NCBI GenBank assembly: GCA_016288655.1
Contig: JAEEKX010000003.1
Coordinates: 6,037-70,036, forward strand
Direction: 5' to 3'
Source: Bacteroidales bacterium
GTDB taxonomy: Bacteria; Bacteroidota; Bacteroidia; Bacteroidales; WCHB1-69
Length of the DNA stretch: 64,000 bases
Shown here piece after piece: positions 38,165 through 49,053 of this stretch. The notes beneath the pieces are model-generated. The model ran no database searches. It was not told where the DNA came from and worked only from the letters and a program-made list of their open reading frames with translations. The position numbers and the translations under genes were made by a program. The first letter of the stretch is position 1. Each line of letters opens with the position of its first letter.

Positions 38165-38275
38165 TTTTTTGATTTGTTTACGTTCTTTAAGTCAACAGAT
38201 GGGTAGTTCCAGCGGGAAGTCCCAACTGTTTCGATACTAAACTGGTTATAAATTGAATAAATTGTGTGCCAACGA

Positions 38276-38662
38276 TTAACGCTTGCTGAACTGGAATCTC
38301 TTACGGGCTTTCGGCTGGCCGGGTTTCTTACGCTCCACCATACGGGGGTCGCGCTTGAGAAGACCTTTGGACTTGAGGGCCGGGCGAAGGTCGGGATAGA
38401 GTTCCACGAGGGCGCGGGAGATGGCCAGACGCAGGGCTTCCGCCTGTCCGGACATGCCGCCGCCGTCGAGGTTGGCCTTGATGTCGAATTGGTCTTGCAT
38501 CTCGGCGATCTGAAGGGGCTGGGTGACGACATACTGAAGGGTGCCCAGCGAGAAATACTCTTTATAATCACGCTTGTTGATGGTGATCTGGCCGCTGCCT
38601 TTCTTCATATAGATTCTGGCCACAGCGGTTTTTCTTCTGCCAATGGTATTTGTGACTTCCAT
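38276..38662 (-). CDS. rpsI: 30S ribosomal protein S9
   Basis: GRRKTAVAR, GGG.SGQA.A and RKRFQFSKR motifs. Confidence 0.98.
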   Translation of the reverse strand: MEVTNTIGRRKTAVARIYMKKGSGQITINKRDYKEYFSLGTLQYVVTQPLQIAEMQDQFDIKANLDGGGMSGQAEALRLAISRALVELYPDLRPALKSKGLLKRDPRMVERKKPGQPKARKRFQFSKR

Positions 38663-38667
38663 TTTAA

Positions 38668-39123
38668 TTATCTGATTTCGTTAATGTTGATCGTTTTGGG
38701 TTGCTGGCCTTCGTGCGGGTGGTTGGGGCCTTCATACACATAAAGGTGACGGTAGATCTGGTCACCCAGTCTGTTCTTCGGCAGCATGCCGCGCACAGCG
38801 TGCTCGACCACGCCAATGGGGTTCTTCTTCAAGACCTCACGGGGAGTCTGGAAGCGCTGGCCGCCCGGATATCCGGTGTGGTGCGTGTAAACCTTGTCGG
38901 TCATCTTCTTGCCGGTGAAGCGGATCTTTTCGGCGTTGATCACGATGACATTGTCCCCACAATCGAAATGAGGGCTGTAATAGGTCTTCGTTTTGCCGCG
39001 CAAAATGCGTGCGACGATGGCCGCCAAGCGTCCGACGACTGCGTTTTCAGCATCGATGACCACCCATTCCTTCTTGACGATCTTCTCGCTCGCAGGAATT
39101 GTTCTGTAACTTAATGTGTTCAT
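38668..39123 (-). CDS. rplM: 50S ribosomal protein L13
   Basis: W.VIDA...GRLA, D.GD.V.VINA, HTGYPGG and GMLPKN motifs; start at MNTLSY. Confidence 0.98.
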   Translation of the reverse strand: MNTLSYRTIPASEKIVKKEWVVIDAENAVVGRLAAIVARILRGKTKTYYSPHFDCGDNVIVINAEKIRFTGKKMTDKVYTHHTGYPGGQRFQTPREVLKKNPIGVVEHAVRGMLPKNRLGDQIYRHLYVYEGPNHPHEGQQPKTININEIR

Positions 39124-39314
39124 TCTCAGTGTTTTGTTTTTGGGGCTTATCTTCACCCATAAGTCCCTGTTCGTAATTTCTTTGACTAGTTGATAATAAC
39201 CGGATTTTCGGGCGGCAAAAATACAAAAATTTTCTTTACGCTAACACATTGGGAAATAATATTTTTTCACACGAAAAAAAACATAAATCCACGGGGGAGT
39301 GTTCGTGATTTTTT

Positions 39315-40259
39315 TTACGGCTGAACAATCCCCAGCGAGTCGAGGTCGTGCGCCAACTGCGTGCTGAACAGCGTCGCCCCCTTCCGGTTCAAATGGATGG
39401 CGTTGTAAAAATAGCAGGTGTCGTTGCAGACGGGATGATGCGTATAGTCCAACGTCTTGCAGTTGTGCTTTTCCGCAATCCCGTCGAACATGCGGTGCAT
39501 CCCCTCCACGTCTTTCACCTTCGCGGTCGCCCCGATGTAGTACGGCGCATAGACCATCACCACCTGGATGCCCTCCCGCTGGCAGCTGTTCAAGAAATCC
39601 TCGAACGCGCGAATCGCCTTGGGACTTTTGTCGTAGTTGATCTCCTTGACCTGCTCATACCTCGATCCGTCCCATTTCTTGTCGTGGTCGATGAAGCCCT
39701 TATACAATATATTATCATGGTTGGTGTAGTAGGATTTGTTGACCATGATATCCCGATAAATCTTCATGTTCTTGATGTAGCGCCAGCAGGGGACGAAGCG
39801 GTCGGCCCAGGAGAGATTCCGGCGTTTCCGCACCTGCTCCCACAGGTATTTGTCGTAAACGTAAGGATCGTATTGGAACTCTTCGTACCTGCCGCCACAG
39901 TACATCGTCCCGGGGGACACTTCATACAGGATGTACTTGGGCTTGGCGGTGGCGTGGCGTCGGTATAGGTCGTACTTCAGCAATTCGCTGTCCATCCCTT
40001 GTCCATTGCAGCCCAGGTTGTAACTGTCAACCTGCAGGATGCTGTCCAGAATCTTGGGATTGAACTGCACGAACGCCCGTGAAGAGCCCATGATGAGCAT
40101 GTCATGTTGCAAGTTGTCAGAGCAATAGATGTCGTTCCAGTTGGCGTAGGGTGCGGTCTCTAAATGCTGTATTTTGTACGTCATGGCCATATCCACCCCC
40201 AAGGCCAGCAGGTAGAGGATGCCCGAAAACAGCAGCAGTTTCTGGAGGAATTTTTTCAT
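39315..40259 (-). CDS. SGNH/DltD-AlgJ-like membrane-anchored protein, partner of the MBOAT
   Basis: C-terminal part of the 39315..41555 ORF, starting at MKKFLQKLLL; GSSR block and FYNAIHLN (DxxH-equivalent) motif. Confidence 0.75.
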   Translation of the reverse strand: MKKFLQKLLLFSGILYLLALGVDMAMTYKIQHLETAPYANWNDIYCSDNLQHDMLIMGSSRAFVQFNPKILDSILQVDSYNLGCNGQGMDSELLKYDLYRRHATAKPKYILYEVSPGTMYCGGRYEEFQYDPYVYDKYLWEQVRKRRNLSWADRFVPCWRYIKNMKIYRDIMVNKSYYTNHDNILYKGFIDHDKKWDGSRYEQVKEINYDKSPKAIRAFEDFLNSCQREGIQVVMVYAPYYIGATAKVKDVEGMHRMFDGIAEKHNCKTLDYTHHPVCNDTCYFYNAIHLNRKGATLFSTQLAHDLDSLGIVQP

Positions 40260-40261
40260 GG

Positions 40262-41686
40262 CTAAAATTGGAAATAGATGAAGGTTTCGGCTCCTTGGTA
40301 GGAGATGAACATGAGGAAAATCAGGGCGTAATAGATGGAGAACTTCAGGGCATGTGAGTGGATGCCGCAGAGGTCGAGGGCGTGCGGTTGGGCGCGTTGC
40401 ACCCACTCTACCGCGGTCATCAGCAGGATGCAGAGGAGGGTGATGCCGATGCCGCTGGCCCTGAGCGATCCGCCGCTGGTGAACATCTGTACGAAGTAGT
40501 CGCCGGCGACGGCGATGCTCTCGGCACGGAAGAGGATCCAGCCGATGACGGCCAAGGCGAACGTCAGCAGCATCTGTCCCAGCTCCTTCAGCGTGGGCAG
40601 GCGACGGCCTTCCGCCACGCCGTTGGTGTATTTGCGGTTCTTGCCCAGCAGAATTAGCGGCAGGAAGAGCAGTGCATGGAAGGCGCCCCATGCCAGGAAG
40701 GTCCAGTTGGCGCCGTGCCAGAAGCCGCTGAGCAGGAAGATGACGAAGGTGTTGCGCACGATCTTGGCCTTCGACACGCGGCTGCCGCCGAGCGGGATAT
40801 AGACGTAGTCGCGGAACCAGGTGGTGAGCGAGATGTGCCACCGCCGCCAGAACTCGGCGATGTCGCGACTGAAGTATGGGTTGTTGAAGTTGCGCATCAG
40901 CCGGATGCCGAAGAGTTTGGCGGTGCCGATGGCGATGTCGGAGTAGCCGGAGAAGTCGCCGTAGATCTGGATGGCGAAGAAGACAGCCGCCAGTGCCAGG
41001 TTCCAACTGCTCGCCCCTTGGTAGTGGCCGAACACTTCGTTGACGAAGACGGCGCAACCGTCGGCGACGGCGATCTTCTTGAAAAGCCCCCACAGGATCT
41101 GGCGCATTCCGTCGATGGCCTGGTCGTGGTCGAAGGTGCGCGGCTGGGCGAACTGCGGCAGCAGGTTCGTCGCCCGCTCGATGGGACCGGCCACCAGTTG
41201 CGGGAAGAAACTCACGAAGGCGAAGAACTGGATAATGTCGCGCGTCGGCTCCAGCTTTCCGCGATATACGTCGATGCTGTAACTGAGCGCCTGGAAGGTG
41301 TAGAAACTGATGCCCACGGGCAGCACGATCTTCAACAGCAGTCCGTCGGTGTGGCCGCCTAAGAAGAGGTTGGCGAATGAGGTGGCGAAGAAGTCGTAGT
41401 ATTTGAAGACGCCGAGGATGGCAAGGTTGAGCACGATGTTGCCGATATGTACGGCCTTGGCCGCTGTCCCCCCGCGGTACCGTTCTATGAGCAGGCCGCT
41501 TCCCCAACTGCACAGCGATGTGAAGGCGATCAGGAAGAGGAAACGCCAGTCCCACCAGCCGTAAAAAAGGTAGGACACCGCGACGATGAAGAGGTTCTGC
41601 AGCCGCAGGTTGCGGTTGACTACGAACCAGTAGGTGAAAAACACCAGCGGTAGGAAAATCGCAAATTCAAGGGAGTTGAAAAACAT
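40262..41686 (-). CDS. MBOAT O-acyltransferase (AlgI/DltB family)
   Basis: LPVGISFYTFQ, FFPQLVAGPIER, DFSGYSDIA, FWRRWHISL and GFWHGANW motifs. Confidence 0.95.
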   Translation of the reverse strand: MFFNSLEFAIFLPLVFFTYWFVVNRNLRLQNLFIVAVSYLFYGWWDWRFLFLIAFTSLCSWGSGLLIERYRGGTAAKAVHIGNIVLNLAILGVFKYYDFFATSFANLFLGGHTDGLLLKIVLPVGISFYTFQALSYSIDVYRGKLEPTRDIIQFFAFVSFFPQLVAGPIERATNLLPQFAQPRTFDHDQAIDGMRQILWGLFKKIAVADGCAVFVNEVFGHYQGASSWNLALAAVFFAIQIYGDFSGYSDIAIGTAKLFGIRLMRNFNNPYFSRDIAEFWRRWHISLTTWFRDYVYIPLGGSRVSKAKIVRNTFVIFLLSGFWHGANWTFLAWGAFHALLFLPLILLGKNRKYTNGVAEGRRLPTLKELGQMLLTFALAVIGWILFRAESIAVAGDYFVQMFTSGGSLRASGIGITLLCILLMTAVEWVQRAQPHALDLCGIHSHALKFSIYYALIFLMFISYQGAETFIYFQF

Positions 41687-41695
41687 GGCGCGGCT

Positions 41696-43060
41696 CTATT
41701 CTTCTTTGGCTAACGCCAGAAATTCGTCATCAACATGGAAGATGCGGGCGATGGTGAGTGCCTCGGCAGGCACCTCGTCGGAGGTGGTCTCGGTGAGACG
41801 GTAGTCCATGTAACGGTTGAGACTGTGCGGCGTCACCTCGCCGGAGATCTTGTCGGTGGTCAGCCCCTTCACGCGCAGACGGCGGCATGGGGCGGGGATC
41901 CCGCTGTAGTGGGTGGTCACTATCGACATGACATGGTACTTCTGCATCATCCGCACGAAGGCGTTCACTATGCGGCGGCCTTCGTCGGGGTTGGTGGTGC
42001 GTGCCAACTCATCGACCAACGCCAGCAGTTTCACCCCGCGTTTCGCCTGCAACAGGATCTCATTGACCGACAGCATCTCGGCGGCGAACGACGAGAGTCC
42101 GTGCTGTTCGGTCTGCTGGTCGTCGATGAGGCAGATGACCTCTTCCACGGGTACGATCTCGGCGCGCTCCGCAGGCACGTAGAAACCGAACTGGAACATG
42201 TGCTGCGCCAACGCCAACGACTTGAGCAGCACGGTCTTGCCCGACATGTTGGCGCCGGTGATGAGGCACGGTCCCTGCTCGAGCGCGATGTCAACGGCCT
42301 GGAAGTGGCCGCCGCGTTCGGCGAGTGTTGCTGCGATCTGCGGGTGGAAGATGGCGGTGTAGGTGGTGCGTTCTGTGGCGGTGGCGGGGCGGGTGAGGTG
42401 CCATTCCGCGGCCATCTGCGCCTTGGCGTTCAGCACGTCGAGGTCGCCGAGGCGGTGCAGGTTGCGCAGCAGCGCCTCGCGATAGGGCTGCAACATCTCG
42501 GTGAGTTTCTGGCGCACGGAATCCTCCATCTGCGACACTTCCCACGTCAGTTTCTCACGCTCGCTCTCCTCCTCCGATTGCAGTATCTTCTTCCGCGCCT
42601 CCTCCAGCTCCGGGTGGTAGCAGGAATATACGTAGAAGTGGGCGATGCGGCTGCCTTCGGGGTCGAGTAGTTCGACCACTTTCGACAGGTCGTCGAGTTC
42701 CATGCACTCGTATTGCGTCTCGCGCAGCAACTCCGCAATCTTCTGCGAGGCGAGCGAGAACTTCTTGATCTCGAAGAGCTCGATGTCGTCCAGCACCTGC
42801 AACTGCTTGAGATTCTGCAAGGTCTTGGTGATGTCGTTGATTTCATGCAGCAGCACGACCAGTTGGTGCGCGGGTTGCGGGTGCCGTTCGAGGAAGGCGA
42901 TGTGGCGTTGCAGGTCGTCAAGGTTCCGCTCGATGGCGGCGGCGTCGGTCATGAAGGGCTGGTTGAGCAGCAGCGACTTGCCCCACGAGGAACAAACCTG
43001 CACGTGCTCAAATACATACGGAAGACCGTTGACCTTCTTGATGGCGTCCTTGACGAGCAT
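41696..43060 (-). CDS. Short MutS-domain ATPase, probably KamC-like (lysine 5,6-aminomutase reactivase ATPase)
   Basis: ITGANMSGKT, GLSSFAAEM, DELARTTNPDEG and TTH motifs; only 454 aa, with no mismatch-binding or Smr domain. The KamC label is from recall. Confidence 0.65.
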   Translation of the reverse strand: MLVKDAIKKVNGLPYVFEHVQVCSSWGKSLLLNQPFMTDAAAIERNLDDLQRHIAFLERHPQPAHQLVVLLHEINDITKTLQNLKQLQVLDDIELFEIKKFSLASQKIAELLRETQYECMELDDLSKVVELLDPEGSRIAHFYVYSCYHPELEEARKKILQSEEESEREKLTWEVSQMEDSVRQKLTEMLQPYREALLRNLHRLGDLDVLNAKAQMAAEWHLTRPATATERTTYTAIFHPQIAATLAERGGHFQAVDIALEQGPCLITGANMSGKTVLLKSLALAQHMFQFGFYVPAERAEIVPVEEVICLIDDQQTEQHGLSSFAAEMLSVNEILLQAKRGVKLLALVDELARTTNPDEGRRIVNAFVRMMQKYHVMSIVTTHYSGIPAPCRRLRVKGLTTDKISGEVTPHSLNRYMDYRLTETTSDEVPAEALTIARIFHVDDEFLALAKEE

Positions 43061-43063
43061 TGT

Positions 43064-45025
43064 CTATCTCTTTTTCTGTTGTTGAAGTTGCTGTTGTTGT
43101 TTCAGCATCTCCTCCATGCGGGCCTGCCAACGGCTCTTCTTGACGGGCTTCACCATGTTGGTCTCCATCTTTTTCAGAAGTTTCTCTTCGTTGATGGCCA
43201 TGCGGAAAATCCACATCTGCAGGAAGGTGATGAGGTTGATGAGCAGATAGTAGTAGGTGAGGGCGGAGGAGAAACTGTTGAACATGCCGAGGAAGAGGAT
43301 GGGCATGAGGTACATCATCCATTTCATCACCTTCATCTGGTCGTTGTTGCCGGCCGACATCAGCTTGTTGTTCAGCCAGGTATAGACGAGGGTGGCGATG
43401 GTCATCAGCAGGGTGAACAAACTGACGTGGTCGCCGTAGAAGGGAATGTTGAAACTGAGGTCGAGGATGGAGTCATAAGAGGAGAGGTCTTCAGCCCAGA
43501 GGAAACTCTGCTGACGGAGTTCGTAGGAGGCAGGGAAAAAGCGGTACATGGCGATGAGGATCGGCATCTGGATGAGCATCGGCACGCAGCCGCCCATCGG
43601 ACTGATGCCCGCCTTCTTGTACAGGGTCATGGTCGCCTGCTGCTTCTTCATGGCATCTTCCTGTTTCGGGTACTTGGCGTTCAGTTCTTCGATCTGCGGT
43701 TTCAGCACACGCATCTTGGCCGAGGAGAGGTAGGTTTTGTAGGCGAGCGGCAGAATGAGAACTTTGATGAAGATACTGAGTATCAGGATGATGATACCGT
43801 AGCTGATGCCGTATGCCTCCAACCAGTTGAAGATCGGGATGACGATGAAGCGGTTGATCCAGTGCAGCAGGAAGAATCCCCAGCCCAGCGGGACCAACTT
43901 CTCAAGGTTCAAGTCGTACTCTTTCAGCACCTTGTATTGGTTGGGGCCGAAGTACATCTGCATGTTGAACTTGCCGTTGTCGTAGTCGGCAATGTCGAAG
44001 TCGGTGCGGGCGCGCATATTTTTCAGCAGCGGGTCGTTGTCCTTGACTTCCGGCACCTTGACCTCCATCTTGCCCTTCTTGAACTCCTTGTCCTTGGCGA
44101 TGAGAATGGAGGTGAAGAACTGTTGTTTGAAGGAGACCCACTTCATTTCGGTGGGCATCTCTTTCTCCTCGGAGCCGCGCTCGTTGAGGTTCTCCACTTC
44201 GTCGCGGTTGTCCATATAATATAGTGTGGAGAGGTCTCGTTCGGCCTTCACGTTCTTTTCGACAGAATAGAGGGACGCCTGCCATTCCATGTCGAAACTC
44301 TTCCGGTGGAGGTATTTCGACATGTTCTTGAGTTGCACGCTGTAGTCGAGCATGTATTCGTCGGCGTTGAAGGTGTAGTCGAACATGAGGTAGGCGTTGG
44401 AGTCGAGTTGGCTGCGGGCTTCAATGGTGCTGTCGGCGAGTTTGTAGGGGTGGAGGTAGAGGCGGAGGTGCCCGGTACCGGAGGTGATGTCAACGGTGTC
44501 CTTGTCGGCTGTGAAGTAGCAGTCGGCGGTGGAGACGAGCGACTGCTGGTCATCGCGAACGCGCAGCGGGATGGACATGGAGGTGGTGTTGTCGTTGTAA
44601 AGCACCAGTTCGTCCTTCTTCTCGCCCTTGGGGGCGTATTTGTAAATGTCCTTGAGCCGGATGTACTTGATGTATCCGCCGTAGCGGGCGAAGTGGTATT
44701 CCGCCTTGTTGGTGCGCACCACGAAGTCGTTGGTGCGGGCGTCGTCGGCATAGCCGAGGATGGCGTTGCTGGCTTGGACGGCCGGTTCGGCGGTGGCAGT
44801 GGGCTCGCCCTCTGCGGGAGACTCTGCGGCGGCGACGTTTTCTGCGGAGTCGGCGGCTAATTGCACGTATTTGGTGGTGTCGCTCTTGGCTTTCTGCTGG
44901 GCTTGGGCCTCCTGTTCTTTCATCTGCTGTTCGCGGGCCTCCTTCGCTTTGTGGGAGGAGTAGAAACTGAAGCCCATGAACATGGCGAAGATGATCAGCA
45001 GGCCGATGATGGTGTGTTTGTCCAT
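43064..45025 (-). CDS. yidC: Membrane protein insertase YidC
   Basis: N-terminal TM helix, large periplasmic domain, YFGPN, GGC.P.LIQMP, FLWA.DLS..D and LTYYY motifs. Confidence 0.96.
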   Translation of the reverse strand: MDKHTIIGLLIIFAMFMGFSFYSSHKAKEAREQQMKEQEAQAQQKAKSDTTKYVQLAADSAENVAAAESPAEGEPTATAEPAVQASNAILGYADDARTNDFVVRTNKAEYHFARYGGYIKYIRLKDIYKYAPKGEKKDELVLYNDNTTSMSIPLRVRDDQQSLVSTADCYFTADKDTVDITSGTGHLRLYLHPYKLADSTIEARSQLDSNAYLMFDYTFNADEYMLDYSVQLKNMSKYLHRKSFDMEWQASLYSVEKNVKAERDLSTLYYMDNRDEVENLNERGSEEKEMPTEMKWVSFKQQFFTSILIAKDKEFKKGKMEVKVPEVKDNDPLLKNMRARTDFDIADYDNGKFNMQMYFGPNQYKVLKEYDLNLEKLVPLGWGFFLLHWINRFIVIPIFNWLEAYGISYGIIILILSIFIKVLILPLAYKTYLSSAKMRVLKPQIEELNAKYPKQEDAMKKQQATMTLYKKAGISPMGGCVPMLIQMPILIAMYRFFPASYELRQQSFLWAEDLSSYDSILDLSFNIPFYGDHVSLFTLLMTIATLVYTWLNNKLMSAGNNDQMKVMKWMMYLMPILFLGMFNSFSSALTYYYLLINLITFLQMWIFRMAINEEKLLKKMETNMVKPVKKSRWQARMEEMLKQQQQLQQQKKR

Positions 45026-45051
45026 GTAATGATGATGTTATGTAAAAGGAA

Positions 45052-46056
45052 TTATTTTTTGAGGATGGCGAATGCGGCGGCGGTGGCATCGGTGAGGGTG
45101 TCGCGGATGCTGAGCGGCTGTTTGGCGGTGCCGGCGACGAACAGACCATCGACGGCAGTGAGGTTGTCGCCCAAGTGCGGGCCCTGCGTGGCGATGAAGT
45201 GGTAGTCGCCCTCGATGCCGCAGGCCGCGCCGAGGTTGCGGGTGCCCGCCGACGGCTCCATGCCGCACATCAGCACCAGCAGGTCGGTGGTCATCTTCAA
45301 CGGCTGCCCGATGAGCGTGTCCTCCGACTTGATCTGCACCTTGTTGTCGAAAGTGGCTGAGGCTTCCGAAATGCGCCCGCGGATGAAACGGATGTCGTAC
45401 TTCTCCTGCGCCTCGCGGTACATCTCCTCGAAGCCCTTGCCCCACATGCGCAAATCCATGTAATACAGGTAGATTTCGGCTTCAGGGAGCAACTTGCGCA
45501 CCTCGATGGCCTGCTTCACCGCCGTCACGCAACACACTTTCGAACAGTAGTTGTTGCCCGACTTCTCGTCGCGGGAGCCAACGCACTGCAGGAACACGAT
45601 CTTGCCCGGCTCTTCGCCCATCGAGTTGGTGATCTGTTTGTGGTGGATCATCCGCTCCAAATCCAGCGAGGTGATGACGCCTTTGTAGATGCCGTAGCCC
45701 AACTCCTCCTTGCGGTGCGCGTCGAAGAGCGTGTATCCCGTTGTAATCAACACTTTCTCAGCAAAATATGCCTTTCCTTCCTTGTCGGTCAACTTGAACT
45801 CGCCTTCGTTTTTCACGATATTCACGATCTCCTTCTCACAAAGCACCTTGATGTTGTCGTTCAGCAACTTGGCACTCAGTTTGTCGGCTAATTCCTGCGA
45901 CGACGAGAAGTCGGGAAACAGGAATGCCTTGTCGAGGATGTTGGGCAGGGGAGCGGTCGATTTCTCGAACAACACGACCTCGCAGTCGTTGGCGGCGAGC
46001 ACGGATGCGGCTTCAATGCCTGCGGGACCGGCTCCGATGATGGCTACCTTCTTCAT
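45052..46056 (-). CDS. Heterodisulfide reductase subunit A-like flavo-iron-sulfur protein (short form)
   Basis: IIGAGPAG FAD motif, QCVGSRD...YCSKVCC, YYMDLR and FIRGR motifs. Confidence 0.88.
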   Translation of the reverse strand: MKKVAIIGAGPAGIEAASVLAANDCEVVLFEKSTAPLPNILDKAFLFPDFSSSQELADKLSAKLLNDNIKVLCEKEIVNIVKNEGEFKLTDKEGKAYFAEKVLITTGYTLFDAHRKEELGYGIYKGVITSLDLERMIHHKQITNSMGEEPGKIVFLQCVGSRDEKSGNNYCSKVCCVTAVKQAIEVRKLLPEAEIYLYYMDLRMWGKGFEEMYREAQEKYDIRFIRGRISEASATFDNKVQIKSEDTLIGQPLKMTTDLLVLMCGMEPSAGTRNLGAACGIEGDYHFIATQGPHLGDNLTAVDGLFVAGTAKQPLSIRDTLTDATAAAFAILKK

Positions 46057-46237
46057 GTTTCAGCGGGTTAATTAGCAATCTTGCTTCTTTATAATCATTT
46101 GATTTATAAATAGTTATAAAGAAACAAGAACATTTTTATTCAAAATGCAAATTTACATTAAATTCTTGAATGGAGAACCATAAAAAGTGAGCGAAAAAAA
46201 TCGTAACTTTGCCGCTCCAAATTATATTGGGAATATT

Positions 46238-47692
<1,455 letters not shown>

Positions 47693-47738
47693 TCCCTGTT
47701 TTTCTAGACTCAGCATGACATTAGAAATTTGCTATTTT

Positions 47739-47763
47739 GAGACGCGGCATGCCACGTCTCTAC
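47739..47763 (-). repeat. GTAG-type REP-like palindrome
   Basis: Minus strand GTAG-AGACGTGGCATGCCGCGTCTC: a GTAG tetramer followed by an imperfect palindrome. Confidence 0.7.
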
Positions 47764-47769
47764 AATAAA

Positions 47770-47830
47770 AACTTTTAACTTTCAACTTTCAACTTTTAAC
47801 TTTTAACTTTTAACTTTTAACTTTCAACTC
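47770..47830 (+). repeat. Heptamer tandem repeat (AACTTTY) x8 plus a partial unit
   Basis: Seen directly; ends 4 nt before the ATG at 47835. Confidence 0.95.
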
Positions 47831-47834
47831 CCCC

Positions 47835-48878
47835 ATGCACCTTGCAGATACCACCATCCAACACATCGCCGTACACGCTGTCGGCAACAAACAGTTAGAC
47901 GAGCCGCTCACCCTGTCGCACGAACTGCTCAATGTGAGCGACGAGGTGAAGAATCTGCTCAAGACGTACTTTCTCTTCCCCTTCAAGTCGGAGGAGTATT
48001 TCCAGCTGTTCCATGAGGACGGGGTGGAGATGAACGACATTTACAAGGCGGCCACGGCCATTTTCGAGGACCCCGACAGCTTGCTTGAGCAGTCGCTCTA
48101 CATGGCCCAGCACCTCTACAACCAGTGCAACCACCCGAAAATCAAGGACGGCGAGTTCTATGTGGTCTATTTCAAGGACTGCGTTTTGGATGATGAGCAG
48201 GTGGATGCCGTCGGACTTTTCAAAGCCGAGACCAAAGACTCGTTCCTGAAGATTCATCAGGAGGACGATAAGTTTGTGGTAGAGAGCGACTTCGGCTTCG
48301 GTCTCAATAAGCTCGACAAGGGCTGTCTGATTCTCAACACCGAGAAGGAGCGCGGCTACGTGCTGTCGGTGGTCGATAACACCAACCGCGGGGGCGAGGC
48401 GCAGTACTGGATGGACGACTTCCTGCACTGCCGCCAGCGCAAGGATGAATACTACAACACCCAGAGCATGCTTACCCTCTGCAAGGAGTTCGTAACTGAT
48501 TATATGCCAGAACAATTCGAGGAGGTTTCCAAAGCCGACCAAGCCGAAATCCTCAACCGTTCGGTCAACTTTTTCAAGGAGAACAAGACCTTCGAGATGG
48601 AGGATTTCAAACAGGAGGTTATCGGCAACGAGGAGCTCATCGAAAGTTTCGACACCTACAAGGAGGAGTTCCAGCAGGCCAACGACATGGTGGTGCCCGA
48701 CAGCTTCGGCATTTCCGACAGCGCCATCAAGAAGCAGTCGCGCAACTTCAAGAGTGTCATTAAGTTAGATAAAAACTTTCACGTTTACGTGCATGGCGAC
48801 ACCAAGCGCATCAAGAAGGGTGTGGACCCCGAGACGGGCCTGAACTATTACCAGCTTTTCTTCGAAGAGGAGTACTAA
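47835..48878 (+). CDS. Nucleoid-associated protein (YejK/NdpA-like)
   Basis: I.VH.VGNK, HPKIK.GE.YV, G.FK.E.K, KLDKGCLI, YW..DFL and KSVIKLDKNF motifs. Confidence 0.85.
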   Translation: MHLADTTIQHIAVHAVGNKQLDEPLTLSHELLNVSDEVKNLLKTYFLFPFKSEEYFQLFHEDGVEMNDIYKAATAIFEDPDSLLEQSLYMAQHLYNQCNHPKIKDGEFYVVYFKDCVLDDEQVDAVGLFKAETKDSFLKIHQEDDKFVVESDFGFGLNKLDKGCLILNTEKERGYVLSVVDNTNRGGEAQYWMDDFLHCRQRKDEYYNTQSMLTLCKEFVTDYMPEQFEEVSKADQAEILNRSVNFFKENKTFEMEDFKQEVIGNEELIESFDTYKEEFQQANDMVVPDSFGISDSAIKKQSRNFKSVIKLDKNFHVYVHGDTKRIKKGVDPETGLNYYQLFFEEEY

Positions 48879-48914
48879 GCGGTACTATATTATTAATGTA
48901 GCTTTTTTTTATTT

Positions 48915-48995
48915 GGGCGGCCCGGCTCCCTGCGGTCGCCGTCGGGCTATACGCTTTACTTCGCTTCGCTCGTGCTCGCTTCTATCCCTGCCGCG
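48915..48995 (+). ncRNA. Flavo-1-like RNA motif / repeat
   Basis: GGGCGG...GTCGGGCTATACGCT...CGCTTCTATCCCTGCCGC matches my recollection of the Flavo-1 consensus (GUCGGGCUAUxCGCU ... CUAUCCCU..CGC). Confidence 0.7.
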
Positions 48996-49053
48996 ACGGG
49001 ACCTCGGGGCGGTGTCGGCATAATCCATTCTGCCATGGGGAGGGCATCCGTTC

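Noticed and set aside
39315-41555. 746-aa ORF as a single gene or frameshift fusion
   Set aside because: The first ~430 codons are an off-frame shadow of the MBOAT gene; the real gene starts at 40259 with an N-terminal TM helix.
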